Shown one piece after another: positions 21,747 through 31,704 of a stretch of 64,000 nucleotides of DNA (positions are counted from its first letter, which is position 1; every line of letters begins with the position of its first letter). Source of the DNA: a virus (taxonomy: Duplodnaviria; Heunggongvirae; Uroviricota; Caudoviricetes); IMG/VR virus record IMGVR_UViG_2585427970_000001. One strand, given 5' to 3'. The notes below the pieces were generated by a model. It was given only the letters and a program-made list of their open reading frames with translations, was not told where the DNA came from and searched no databases. The translations under genes and the position numbers were made by a program.

Positions 21747-22628
21747 TCAGCGTCCTGAATCGGTATACCCCCATACAAAACCAGGTTGGACACTAAGGTC
21801 TGATAGCTTTTCAATCCCCACCTGTGGAATGAAGTCGGTAGCCCGAAAGGGCACCCACAGACGGGTATACGCACCCTCTGTGGACTCCTTTGTATCCTGG
21901 TTTGGGCATTTGTGCGGCGGGAGACGAAGACGCATTTCGCCTTTATCGATGTAGCACGGTAAACCATGTTCGAGCTTTTCATGAGCCAGCCGGATGTGTG
22001 CCGCCAGCTTCATAAATTCAGTATCAATGGCCATCCGTTTGATCGTTTCATAACGACGCTCAGCCTGCTCTTCACGAGTACCGCTAACATCGTTATAAAG
22101 TTCACACTGATAAGCGAATTCCCAAAAACGCAAATCAACGATCGCTTCTTTGAATTCCGCGTCGTCTTCAGGTGGCAATGCTGCACGGCGCATCTCCAGC
22201 ATTTCCATTGCCCAACCATCAAGCGGCACGATACGCCATTGATAAGGCACGCCCTCTACAGACACCTCAATATCGTCAATGAACGGTTCCACTTCCAGGA
22301 CCTGGATATCTTCAGCCAGAGCATTCATATCGCAATCGTAATAATGCTCTTTACCGCAATGTTTACAGGTGTAGGTGAATGTTTCGACCGGTGTTTCACG
22401 GGAGCCGGTAAATATCCACCATAACGCGGTAATCCGGTCCTGCGCCGTCCATGTCAGGGGATCATGTTTCGCGGGTTCAGCCAGCAAGGCTTTCAAATAT
22501 GCCGTTGTCTGTTGTTCTTGTTCCTCCGGTGTTATCGAGTTGAAACGCATTGCATCAGCAATATTTGGCTGACGGAACTGGATCAATTCAGTTGGCCGCG
22601 ATGGTAGCGGGAAAAGAGGTAAAAGCAT
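21747..22628 (-). CDS. Tail morphogenesis protein (PmgB-like) with Cys-rich motif
   Basis: 293 aa; CKHCGKEHYYDCD; by position. Confidence 0.3.
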   Translation of the reverse strand: MLLPLFPLPSRPTELIQFRQPNIADAMRFNSITPEEQEQQTTAYLKALLAEPAKHDPLTWTAQDRITALWWIFTGSRETPVETFTYTCKHCGKEHYYDCDMNALAEDIQVLEVEPFIDDIEVSVEGVPYQWRIVPLDGWAMEMLEMRRAALPPEDDAEFKEAIVDLRFWEFAYQCELYNDVSGTREEQAERRYETIKRMAIDTEFMKLAAHIRLAHEKLEHGLPCYIDKGEMRLRLPPHKCPNQDTKESTEGAYTRLWVPFRATDFIPQVGIEKLSDLSVQPGFVWGYTDSGR

Positions 22629-22642
22629 CCTTGCTCCTTAAT

Positions 22643-23254
22643 TCAAAGAGAAAAACTAAAGCCCAGAAGGGAAGCTAAAGAACTTGAGGATTGGTTAAAC
22701 GTGCTGTGCAATGCGAAGGTCATTGGGAATGACTTAAATTCCGTAACCTGATCCCGCGCATAGGTGACATCGCCGGTAGTGACCGGGAATACCGTCATCT
22801 CATTTTCCAGTTTGGTTAAACCGGAGGACAGCAACCGATAAATACGCACATTGAGCAAATATTTAGACGGTATATTCCCGGTACCGTCCGGATTGATCAC
22901 CCGACCTTTTGCCGTCTTAAACCAGTCCAAAACGAGGCCATCAACGGTATCCCTGACCATCATTGTTATCTGCCCAGGAGAACGCTCCGTTGGCTGAAGG
23001 ATATTCCCTCCGCCGATTTTAATCGTTTCATATTCGATGCTGTAATCGTGGTAGGTAATGTCTTTGGCAAAGAAGTCTGCCCCCTCCAGTCCATCAACTT
23101 CGACAGAGAACTGCCATCCTTGCGCGAACAGCATTTTGTTCATGATGATTGACGTCAGCTTACCAACTTCCCGCTCACCAACGCCGGAGCCAAATAATGT
23201 CGTCGTTAATGCCGAAGATACATAAGACTTTACTGAAGCAACATTAAGCCCCAT
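22643..23254 (-). CDS. Tail tube-like protein
   Basis: 203 aa; by position between morphogenesis genes. Confidence 0.35.
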   Translation of the reverse strand: MGLNVASVKSYVSSALTTTLFGSGVGEREVGKLTSIIMNKMLFAQGWQFSVEVDGLEGADFFAKDITYHDYSIEYETIKIGGGNILQPTERSPGQITMMVRDTVDGLVLDWFKTAKGRVINPDGTGNIPSKYLLNVRIYRLLSSGLTKLENEMTVFPVTTGDVTYARDQVTEFKSFPMTFALHSTFNQSSSSLASLLGFSFSL

Positions 23255-23266
23255 ATCAGCCCCCCC

Positions 23267-23874
<608 letters not shown>

Positions 23875-23913
23875 TTGTCATTTGTGACAGTATGCTCGCA
23901 ATCGTAGTGATTA

Positions 23914-24453
23914 CTACCACCAACTGCTAGCTTTCTTCTCTCTAGCTTTTCCTTCGCTTTGCAGTAAATCTTTACTTCCTGTAGAAATATTTCTATTTGC
24001 ATCAGCCTCAGACTGAATTACATCTGTCTTAGCTGCTCTCTCCTTCAACTCCTGCTCTATAAAATCGTTTTCTCGCTGGACACGAGCCGCTTTTGCTTGC
24101 AGTTCGAGTTTCATGCTTTCGAGTTGCAGCTTGCGAAGCTCATCCTCATAAGCTTGATCTCGCTTCTTGTCATTTGCTAGCTCGGCTTCTCGTTTCGCTC
24201 TACGTTCATTTTCTGCAGCAACACGCTGTTTTTCGCGTGCAGCAGCGGCAGATGCTGCTTTTTCTCTTCTAATACGTTCAGCTTGTGCTTGTTGGCGAAT
24301 AAGTTCTTTTCTGGCATCCTCAGCTTGCTGCTCTTTAGCTCGCCCTTCATTTTCCGCTTGAGCAATAGCAGCAATTTGACTTTGCAACGAGTTAGCCAAG
24401 GCAGTGCCTACACTAAACGTAGAAAAGATTAGAAATAAAATAATTTTATTCAT
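23914..24453 (-). CDS. Secreted coiled-coil protein (signal peptide, charged repeats)
   Basis: MNKIILFLIFSTFSVGTALA signal peptide; E/K/R/A-rich heptad-like region. Confidence 0.45.
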   Translation of the reverse strand: MNKIILFLIFSTFSVGTALANSLQSQIAAIAQAENEGRAKEQQAEDARKELIRQQAQAERIRREKAASAAAAREKQRVAAENERRAKREAELANDKKRDQAYEDELRKLQLESMKLELQAKAARVQRENDFIEQELKERAAKTDVIQSEADANRNISTGSKDLLQSEGKAREKKASSWW

Positions 24454-24456
24454 AAA

Positions 24457-24978
24457 TTATTTCTTTTCTGGACAAGTAGCATTTGGCTGAATTCGAGTTT
24501 CATTATCTTTAGTTGAAATAAGCACAGCAAGCCCCGTTGTAAACTGGCATGCTTTACCAACTTGAGTTGAAGTGAACACCTTAGTTCCTTCTTTATAAGT
24601 CAGTGAAACACCTTCAACAATTGTTTTATCACTAACCAAAGAACCAGCCGCTGCACCAAGAGCCGCACCACCAGTACCGCCAGCTACAGCACCCAGTGTC
24701 GATGTGCCTTTAACATTATAACCGGCAACGCCCCCAGCAACAGCTCCCAGTACCGCACCAAATGTCTGTGCCGCTTCTTTATTAGCTTTATTATCAACTT
24801 TCACTTTAGCTGGAAGCACAGAGATAATATTGACTGTCTTTGTTTCCTGCTTCGAATTCAATTGAGCGGTATCATAAACATCGGCAGCATAATCAGCACC
24901 GCTAGATTGACACCCAGAAAGAAGAATTGCAGATACAACAAGAGCGCATAAAGTATACTTTTTAGACATAAGAATCAT
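24457..24978 (-). CDS. Lipoprotein with glycine-zipper segment
   Basis: Lipobox LLSGC; GAVLGAVAGGVAGY..GAVAGGTGGAALGAAAG. Confidence 0.5.
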   Translation of the reverse strand: MILMSKKYTLCALVVSAILLSGCQSSGADYAADVYDTAQLNSKQETKTVNIISVLPAKVKVDNKANKEAAQTFGAVLGAVAGGVAGYNVKGTSTLGAVAGGTGGAALGAAAGSLVSDKTIVEGVSLTYKEGTKVFTSTQVGKACQFTTGLAVLISTKDNETRIQPNATCPEKK

Positions 24979-25259
24979 CCAAGAAAAACAAAAACCGGCG
25001 AGAAGTTACCACGAGAACGGAAAGTAAACAAGAATACTCCCATTGACTTATATCAATTAATCAACTTTTTATAAGCAACCCCTAACTTATTGTGTATAGC
25101 TGAAAAGTCAGAGACAAGTTCACCATCTGCATTATTTCTTAAGTTAATAGTTTATTGCTAACTTAATTTATGTATCGACTATTGATATCCATCTTAAAGT
25201 AACAATATCCCTCTACATTATTTTTCATCACAAATAATACTTCTATTGCACGACACTCA

Positions 25260-25276
25260 TCTGCTCTAATAAATTT
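25260..25276 (+). promoter_or_regulatory. C1-repressor-type operator upstream of immunity-I operon
   Basis: tctgctctaataaattt versus recalled P1 operator consensus ATTGCTCTAATAAATTT. Confidence 0.45.
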
Positions 25277-25459
25277 GTATTTTTAAGTCGTGAATGCTAT
25301 CTTTTCGCATCATATTGACCTTTTAATCGTTCAGGCTTATAGTTTCGCCGTCGTAGCAAATTCTGCGACCGGGTTTAGCAGCCTGAATGATTGTGCGGAC
25401 AGCCGCAGATATCCGATATTGCGGTATTTTTGTGTCCGTAAAACCGCGTTACGCCCAAA

Positions 25460-25540
25460 TTATGGTGGGGCGTGATGGGGAGGCTTCGGCCTGCTGGTTT
25501 CACAATCGCCAGTCTGCTAACCCCGTCACGTCCTGCCACC
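25460..25540 (+). ncRNA. Putative c4-type antisense immunity RNA
   Basis: Upstream of icd/ant; stem cgtgatgggg (25471-25480) pairs with ccccgtcacg (25521-25530); cctgct complementary to agcagg in icd leader; boundaries uncertain. Confidence 0.3.
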
Positions 25541-25590
25541 TGTTTAGCAGCGGGTAGCAGGTTGTTAAACCTGATTGTGAGGCCGTAACT

Positions 25591-25812
25591 ATGGTTAATG
25601 CCAATCCTTGCGCACGCCAAGAATTCATCTGGCGTTTCTATTCCTGTAAAAAACACCACTATCACTTCGTCATCGCAGCAACAGAAGACGAAGCACGCTC
25701 TCAATTGCCTGATGGCCCCTGCATTTTTACTGCCCGTTTTTCAACTAACTCGCGCAATTCACTTAGTTACTGGAACCTCCCCTTCTCTGCCGACGTTCAG
25801 GGGGATTTATGA
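25591..25812 (+). CDS. icd: Icd-like small protein
   Basis: 73 aa; stop overlaps ant start in ATGA; GAGG RBS. Confidence 0.5.
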   Translation: MVNANPCARQEFIWRFYSCKKHHYHFVIAATEDEARSQLPDGPCIFTARFSTNSRNSLSYWNLPFSADVQGDL

Positions 25813-26843
25813 AAAAACCTCTCGTCACCCGTAATGAAATAGCCGAAGCGATCGCCCTGCATACAACCTGTATGCCGACACGGGAGATCCCCGGCGCAAT
25901 TGCCAACTATTTCATGATAACCAGACGTTTTTATACCCGAACAGATAAGGCTGTGATCAACAAGCTACTGATAGCCGAGATCAGGGATTATTTGATTGAA
26001 CAAGGACGTCTACGTTACGCAACAGTGGTAGCAGAAATGAGAAAGGAGGCACACAGAGTGACCGGTAAAAATTTGAATATTGAAAAACCAGCACCTGTTA
26101 CGTCAGCTACGCCAACACCAGCCGTGAATGTCATCCCCAACATCGGAGACACAATCGACAGCCAAACATTGTTGAAGATGGTCAATGAGGCACGGAAATT
26201 ATGTAGCGAAAAACCAGTTCGCAATAATGATTTCATTGCCAGAGTTAAGGATGAACTTGAAGGAGAAACCTACGAAATTTTCGTAGGTCAAAAAAACGGC
26301 GCAGAAATAGATATTATAACAATGACCTACAAACAAGCCCTGCGAGTTGCCGCCCGCGAGTCAAAAGCGGTCCGCCGTTCGCTGATCGACAAACTGGAAG
26401 AATTACAGCAGGCAAACTCCCCTACCCCATCGATCCCCCAGACATTACCAGAAGCCCTACGCCTGGCTGCCGAGTTAGCAGAACAGAAAATGCAGTTGGA
26501 ACAACAGCTGGTGGCCGCAGCCCCTAAAGTCGATTTTGCCGACCGGGTATCAGTGGCCAATGGAATCCTGATCGGGAACTTTGCAAAGGTCGTTGGACTT
26601 AAGCAAAACGCCCTTTTCTCATGGTTGCGCCAGAACGGCATTCTCATGGCTTTTGGTGCGCGCAAAAACGTACCGCGCCAACAGTACATCAACGCCGGGT
26701 ATTTCACGGTGAAAGAAGTGGTGCTGGATGATGAAAATGGCTACCAGATACGGCTGACGCCCCAATTAACGGGTAAAGGCCAGCAGTGGTTAACTCGCAA
26801 GCTACTTGATGCTGGTTTGTTAAAACCAGTAGCAATAGGTTAA
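25809..26843 (+). CDS. ant: Antirepressor Ant (C-terminal KilA-C/ANT-type domain)
   Basis: 344 aa; C-terminal block LPEALRLAAELAEQK..GNFAKVVGL..GKGQQWL shared with the KilA-like protein. Confidence 0.65.
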   Translation: MKKPLVTRNEIAEAIALHTTCMPTREIPGAIANYFMITRRFYTRTDKAVINKLLIAEIRDYLIEQGRLRYATVVAEMRKEAHRVTGKNLNIEKPAPVTSATPTPAVNVIPNIGDTIDSQTLLKMVNEARKLCSEKPVRNNDFIARVKDELEGETYEIFVGQKNGAEIDIITMTYKQALRVAARESKAVRRSLIDKLEELQQANSPTPSIPQTLPEALRLAAELAEQKMQLEQQLVAAAPKVDFADRVSVANGILIGNFAKVVGLKQNALFSWLRQNGILMAFGARKNVPRQQYINAGYFTVKEVVLDDENGYQIRLTPQLTGKGQQWLTRKLLDAGLLKPVAIG

Positions 26844-26854
26844 CAAAAGAAAAA

Positions 26855-26880
26855 ACCTGCCAGCAAACTGGCAGGTTTCT
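26855..26880 (+). terminator. Stem-loop terminator after ant
   Basis: acctgccag-caaa-ctggcaggt followed by ttct. Confidence 0.45.
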
Positions 26881-26920
26881 GAGCAGATCGACCAACCCGA
26901 TCTGGATCGAGTTAGAAAAA

Positions 26921-26937
26921 TTTGCTCTAATAAATTT
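26921..26937 (+). promoter_or_regulatory. C1-type operator upstream of kilA-repL, next to a GATC cluster
   Basis: tttgctctaataaattt (16/17 to recalled consensus); three GATC within 26886-26909. Confidence 0.45.
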
Positions 26938-27006
26938 CGTTTTCTAAGTGCAAAGAATCACCATTTCGAGCTGGTGATTGAAGGTTGATGCAAATTTGGA
27001 GAAAAA

Positions 27007-27807
27007 ATGCAACAAACATTCAATGCGGATATGAATATATCAAACCTTCATCAAAATGTCGATCCTTCAACCACTCTTCCCGTTATTTGTGGTGTTGAAA
27101 TTACGACCGACCGCGCTGGCCGTTACAACCTTAATGCTCTACACAGAGCGAGCGGACTCGGTGCCCATAAAGCGCCAGCTCAATGGCTAAGAACGCTGTC
27201 AGCCAAACAGCTCATCGAAGAGCTTGAAAAAGAAACTATGCAGAATTGCATAGTTTCGTTCGAAGGCCGTGGCGGCGGCACTTTTGCCCATGAATTGCTC
27301 GCAGTGGAGTACGCTGGTTGGATTTCTCCCGCGTTTCGGCTGAAGGTAAACCAGACATTTATCGACTATCGAGCTGGAAGATTACAACCTGCTATTCCGA
27401 AGAGCCTCCCAGAAGCTCTCCGTTTGGCTGCCGACCTGGCAGAGCAAAAGCAACGGCTGGAGCAAAAAATGCTGATGGATGCACCTAAAGTCGAATTCGC
27501 CGAACGCGTTGCTACCGCCAGCGGGGTTCTAATCGGCAACTATGCCAAAGTGCTCGGCTTGGGCCAAAACTATCTCTTCACCTGGTTGCGTGATAACGGA
27601 ATTCTGATCGCAACCGGTGAACGCAGGAACGTCCCCAAACAAGAATACATATCCCGTGGGTATTTCACCCTTAAAGAAACCGTGATCGATACAAGCAATG
27701 GAAGCAGGATTTCTTTCACGACTCGTATAACCGGCAAAGGTCAGCAGTGGCTGATGAAGCGATTGCTTGATGCTGGTGTGCTGGTACCTGTCGCGGCAAC
27801 GCGCTAA
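27007..27807 (+). CDS. kilA: KilA-like protein (KilA-N plus KilA-C domains)
   Basis: 266 aa; immediately upstream of repL as in P1. Confidence 0.6.
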   Translation: MQQTFNADMNISNLHQNVDPSTTLPVICGVEITTDRAGRYNLNALHRASGLGAHKAPAQWLRTLSAKQLIEELEKETMQNCIVSFEGRGGGTFAHELLAVEYAGWISPAFRLKVNQTFIDYRAGRLQPAIPKSLPEALRLAADLAEQKQRLEQKMLMDAPKVEFAERVATASGVLIGNYAKVLGLGQNYLFTWLRDNGILIATGERRNVPKQEYISRGYFTLKETVIDTSNGSRISFTTRITGKGQQWLMKRLLDAGVLVPVAATR

Positions 27808-27836
27808 CAGACGTAGTAAGAACCACCAGCATTGTA

Positions 27837-28682
27837 ATGCTGGCTAAAGTCACTTTCCTGAGCTGTATAACGATGAGCGATTTTACTTTTTCTGGCTATG
27901 AATTGGCCTGCTTTGTAACACACTCCGGTCTATCCCGTAGCGCCGGGCATATCCTGTCGCAATGTGCAAATCTCGCGGCAACAACCAGTGAATACTTCAT
28001 TCACAAGCCTCACCGCCTGATCGCGGCAGAAACTGGTTATAGTCAATCAACCGTCGTTCGTGCATTCCGTGAAGCTGTAAACAAAGGAATCCTGTCTGTA
28101 GAGATTGTTATCGGCGATCACCGTGAACGCCGTGCTAACCTGTACCGATTTACACCATCATTTTTGGCCTTCGCACAACACGCTAAAAACGCGCTGATTG
28201 AAAGCAAATTAAAGATCTCTTCAGCCGCAACCAAGGTTAAAGCTGTTCTCGCTAAGTCATTGGCTTTATTTGATTTTTTATCCACACCCCCATGTCAAAA
28301 TGATACCCCCTCCCCCTGTCAGGATGACGTGGCAATAAAGAATAAGAAGTCACAAATTAAAAAAACAAAAAGATCAGTTTCCGGCGGTGCCGGAACGACC
28401 AGCCTCAAAAAACTGACTTCATGGATCGCTGAGGCAAAAGCAAAGGCTGACAATCTGCGGTTATCCAAAAAACGCGCTCAAAAACATGAGTTCAAGCAGA
28501 AAGTAGAGGCGGCAGCGCGGAAATATGCTTACCTGAAGAACAAGCGTTCTCCTGATATTGGCGGGGTATCAAACTTCGATAATCTGCCGCATTGCATGAC
28601 GGTAAACGAAGCTCTTAATGCGGTTTTAGCCAAAAATAAAGATAACGAACAATGGGGTATACCGGCAGGATTCAGAGGGTAA
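27837..28682 (+). CDS. repL: RepL-like lytic replicon initiator
   Basis: 281 aa; downstream of kilA; size and position match P1 RepL. Confidence 0.6.
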   Translation: MLAKVTFLSCITMSDFTFSGYELACFVTHSGLSRSAGHILSQCANLAATTSEYFIHKPHRLIAAETGYSQSTVVRAFREAVNKGILSVEIVIGDHRERRANLYRFTPSFLAFAQHAKNALIESKLKISSAATKVKAVLAKSLALFDFLSTPPCQNDTPSPCQDDVAIKNKKSQIKKTKRSVSGGAGTTSLKKLTSWIAEAKAKADNLRLSKKRAQKHEFKQKVEAAARKYAYLKNKRSPDIGGVSNFDNLPHCMTVNEALNAVLAKNKDNEQWGIPAGFRG

Positions 28683-28850
28683 TGAATTGTTCTAATTATA
28701 ACCATGCATACTTTCAACGCCTCTAGTTTGCCATGAGGCAAAATCATAGGCGTCCTGGTAAGAGGGCACTGTTGCCAAAACTGGACGTCCCATTATTGCA
28801 ATTAATAAACAACTAACGGACAATTCTACCTAACAATAAGTGGAGTTAAC

Positions 28851-29555
28851 ATGTTGAACCGAAGAACATTTAATGTATTCTGCGATGAATCCTGTCACCT
28901 ACTAAATGATCATAATAAAGTCATGGTATTGGGTGCGCTTTGGTGCCCTGGCACTATCACAAAAAAAATTGCTAGAGACATCAAGGAATTAAAATTAAAA
29001 CACAATCTAAAACCTGATTTCGAAATCAAGTGGACTAAAATATCTGCGTCCAAGGTTGAATTTTACTTAGATGTCGTAGATTACTTCTTCAGCAACCCAG
29101 CATTGCGCTTTAGAGGTGTTGTTGTTCCTGATAAAGAGCAACTGGACCATGCTCGATTCCATCAAGATCATAATACTTTCTATTATAAGATGTTTTTTTA
29201 TGTCTTAAAAAACATAATAGAAAGTAACAACACATACAATATCTACCTAGATATAAAAGATACTTTAGGTATTGAAAAAATTGAGAAATTAAGAGGAGTT
29301 CTTCACAATGATCGCTATGATTACAATCATGAGTCGATAAACAGAATTCAACATATACGATCTCATGAAGTGCAACAATTGCAGCTAACGGATCTTTTCA
29401 TTGGTGCGTTAGGCTACGTTCATCGAGGAATGAATAGCAACGCGGGAAAAATCCAAGTCATAAACAGGATAAAATCACATACAAACAGGGATTTACTAAA
29501 AAGCACTCTTCCAACAGAAAGTAAATTTAATATTTTCGTGTGGGAGGCTCGCTGA
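28851..29555 (+). CDS. DUF3800-like protein (cargo gene A of AT-rich island)
   Basis: 234 aa; N-terminal FNVFCDES and C-terminal QLQLTDLFIGALGY recall DUF3800 motifs; AGTGGAG RBS; AT-rich codon usage. Confidence 0.4.
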   Translation: MLNRRTFNVFCDESCHLLNDHNKVMVLGALWCPGTITKKIARDIKELKLKHNLKPDFEIKWTKISASKVEFYLDVVDYFFSNPALRFRGVVVPDKEQLDHARFHQDHNTFYYKMFFYVLKNIIESNNTYNIYLDIKDTLGIEKIEKLRGVLHNDRYDYNHESINRIQHIRSHEVQQLQLTDLFIGALGYVHRGMNSNAGKIQVINRIKSHTNRDLLKSTLPTESKFNIFVWEAR

Positions 29556-30019
29556 TGCTTCAAATGCCAGATTTATTGTACTTAAATGGAAGTTGGCAAG
29601 AGTATATAGACGATGTATATTATGTTGTCAGAGAAGACATTTTAATCTCTAATATAACGTTTAAGGGTCTCCCTGTTCGGTTACGTTATTCACCGGAATA
29701 TGATGGGAAAGAGTTCGGATTTTGGCATTTAGTATCAGAGGGAAAAATAGAAGAAGAACGAATACCTGATCTTGAACGGTGTAAGCGGATCCGCTGGATC
29801 GCGCATATGATAAGGAATTATAACCATTCCGATATATCATGTTGGTCTGAAAGACGAGGACCAACTGAAGAATGGGTAATCTGGAACGAGTGTGAAAACT
29901 ACGTTGTTGTGCTATCCGCACGTAGAGACTATTGGCTTCTTAAAACAGCCTATGTTGTAACCTATAACAGTAAAATCAGAACACTCAAACAAAGCAGAAA
30001 AAGAGCGCTTGGGACATAA
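29555..30019 (+). CDS. Hypothetical partner protein (cargo gene B), translationally coupled to gene A
   Basis: ATG at 29555 overlaps stop of gene A (TGATG) with GGGAGG RBS 8 nt upstream; 154 aa; track ORF begins at 29540. Confidence 0.4.
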   Translation: MLQMPDLLYLNGSWQEYIDDVYYVVREDILISNITFKGLPVRLRYSPEYDGKEFGFWHLVSEGKIEEERIPDLERCKRIRWIAHMIRNYNHSDISCWSERRGPTEEWVIWNECENYVVVLSARRDYWLLKTAYVVTYNSKIRTLKQSRKRALGT

Positions 30020-30027
30020 AAAAGCTG

Positions 30028-30057
30028 AACCCGACACATATTGCTATGTATCGGGTT
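30028..30057 (+). terminator. Stem-loop after cargo operon
   Basis: aacccgacacata-ttgc-tatgtatcgggtt (one mismatch). Confidence 0.35.
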
Positions 30058-30185
30058 CGATCGCTCTTTCTACACATGGTAGATGAGTAAGGCAAATTTA
30101 ACCGATCTACTTTAGCTTTTCAATAGCTAGCTATAACTTTCCGCACATATTCTTCTGATAATTCCAGTATGGCTGTTGGGTTTTC

Positions 30186-30482
30186 TTATGCTTTTCTGCG
30201 CAGAGGTGCACATTTATTCAGCAATAATAAATGTAATTCTTTGTTATTCCTAAGTATTTCGACACACCAATATCGTAACGTGTTCACTTCAAGTGTAGCC
30301 AGCACCTTATGTCGAAGTCCTCCCTCCCCTGCACATAACGATGACCGACATTCTGCTAAGGCACATAACCATGTATTGGCGTCATAGAGAATCCAATAAT
30401 GCTCCTCTGAAATAGTTTTGCATCCAATTATTTCGAATCTTCGTTCTATCGTTTCAGGAGAGTATGAAAAATCAATTTCCAT
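30186..30482 (-). CDS. Hypothetical small Cys-containing protein (cargo gene C; may be non-coding)
   Basis: 98 aa AT-rich ORF between two terminators; no clear RBS. Confidence 0.2.
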   Translation of the reverse strand: MEIDFSYSPETIERRFEIIGCKTISEEHYWILYDANTWLCALAECRSSLCAGEGGLRHKVLATLEVNTLRYWCVEILRNNKELHLLLLNKCAPLRRKA

Positions 30483-30523
30483 AATATGCTCAAAATTTCG
30501 CTATACCAGCATAATTTAAGCAC

Positions 30524-30544
30524 AAAAAAAGCTCCCGCAGGAGC
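30524..30544 (-). terminator. Rho-independent terminator for minus-strand structural operon
   Basis: gctcc-cgca-ggagc stem with A7 on plus strand (T7 on minus). Confidence 0.5.
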
Positions 30545-30566
30545 TTTAAAATACAAGGGATGACTC

Positions 30567-31076
30567 TTAATCCCACTCAATCCAGTTGTAAACGATACGA
30601 AGTGACGGGCGCACAGCGGCAGTCACATCTTCGGTACTAAAGTCGATTGCATCACTGTAGATTTTGCAGTCCAACATTTCAATTGTTGTAGCAGCTTTTG
30701 TCACAGCGTTAACCCCGGAAGATTTGGATTCAGGGGTCGCAGCCATCGTGATATCAACATAGTCCTTCGCCGCAATGCGATCTTTAATGAACTGAAGAAT
30801 ATCGCCTTCGATAGTCTCCACGCACTGGACCTGGATTTCCCCGGAGTTACGGATTGGACCGTGCTGGTTGAACTTCACACCATTCGGACCATAGTCCTCC
30901 ACATCCTCGCGGGTCATTTCAGGAATTTGCGACGTGCGAACCAGTACGCTGATATCTTCATGGCCTGCAAAAGTGAGCTGGAATTCAGAAGATACCAGTC
31001 GTTCGCCTTTGGCCGCGTTGGCAGTATAGCGGCCCTTAATAAATTTACGGTTTCCCTTAGTGTTATTGTGCCCCAT
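30567..31076 (-). CDS. Phage structural/morphogenesis protein
   Basis: 169 aa, first of three collinear genes ahead of sheath. Confidence 0.35.
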   Translation of the reverse strand: MGHNNTKGNRKFIKGRYTANAAKGERLVSSEFQLTFAGHEDISVLVRTSQIPEMTREDVEDYGPNGVKFNQHGPIRNSGEIQVQCVETIEGDILQFIKDRIAAKDYVDITMAATPESKSSGVNAVTKAATTIEMLDCKIYSDAIDFSTEDVTAAVRPSLRIVYNWIEWD

Positions 31077-31087
31077 ATAAAATCCTT

Positions 31088-31669
31088 TTACTGGAACGCC
31101 CGAACAATATCGGAGCTGTTATATATCGAAGAACCGGTCAACTGGAGGTTGACGGTGTTTTTCAGGAAATGCCCATTGCTGTCCCTGGGCGCATCGAGAT
31201 CGAAACTTATGTCCTGGATAGCGACATCAATGATGTTGATCCGGCGACCAATGTTTAGCGTCACACGCTCCGGGATTCGACCACCAATACTGGCATCTTT
31301 AAGTTCCGGGCTAATCATCGCTGACAATGCGGCGATAGCTCCTGAAACCTCCGTGAATGGGTCAAACAAAGCGATGAAAGTTACTGGCAGCGTGAAAGTC
31401 GGCGGTGTTCCCCCTTCCCAAACCATTAAGCTGTTCCAACGGGCAACCGACGTTGTTTCAGTACCAACCTGCGCAAAACCACTGAAGGCACCAGCAACAG
31501 ATCCCATGGACATACCGGTAAACGGCGCTTCCCAATTCTGGGCCATGTTCATTGCCGCTCCCTGGCTGATATATCCGGTAACCTGGTACTGAGAGTTCGT
31601 TAAAGTAACTTTCAGATATGGCGATACACCGTCAGCCTGGCTGTAAACCCCATAAGGTATAGGTGCCAT
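31088..31669 (-). CDS. Phage structural/morphogenesis protein
   Basis: 193 aa. Confidence 0.3.
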   Translation of the reverse strand: MAPIPYGVYSQADGVSPYLKVTLTNSQYQVTGYISQGAAMNMAQNWEAPFTGMSMGSVAGAFSGFAQVGTETTSVARWNSLMVWEGGTPPTFTLPVTFIALFDPFTEVSGAIAALSAMISPELKDASIGGRIPERVTLNIGRRINIIDVAIQDISFDLDAPRDSNGHFLKNTVNLQLTGSSIYNSSDIVRAFQ

Positions 31670-31704
31670 TCAAGTTAAAGGCCGGAGTTCTCCGGCCTCC
31701 TCCT

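Noticed and set aside
30861-31592. 243-aa plus-strand ORF 30861..31592
   Set aside because: Spans two minus-strand structural genes and their intergenic gap antisense; no RBS; composition typical of antisense reading.
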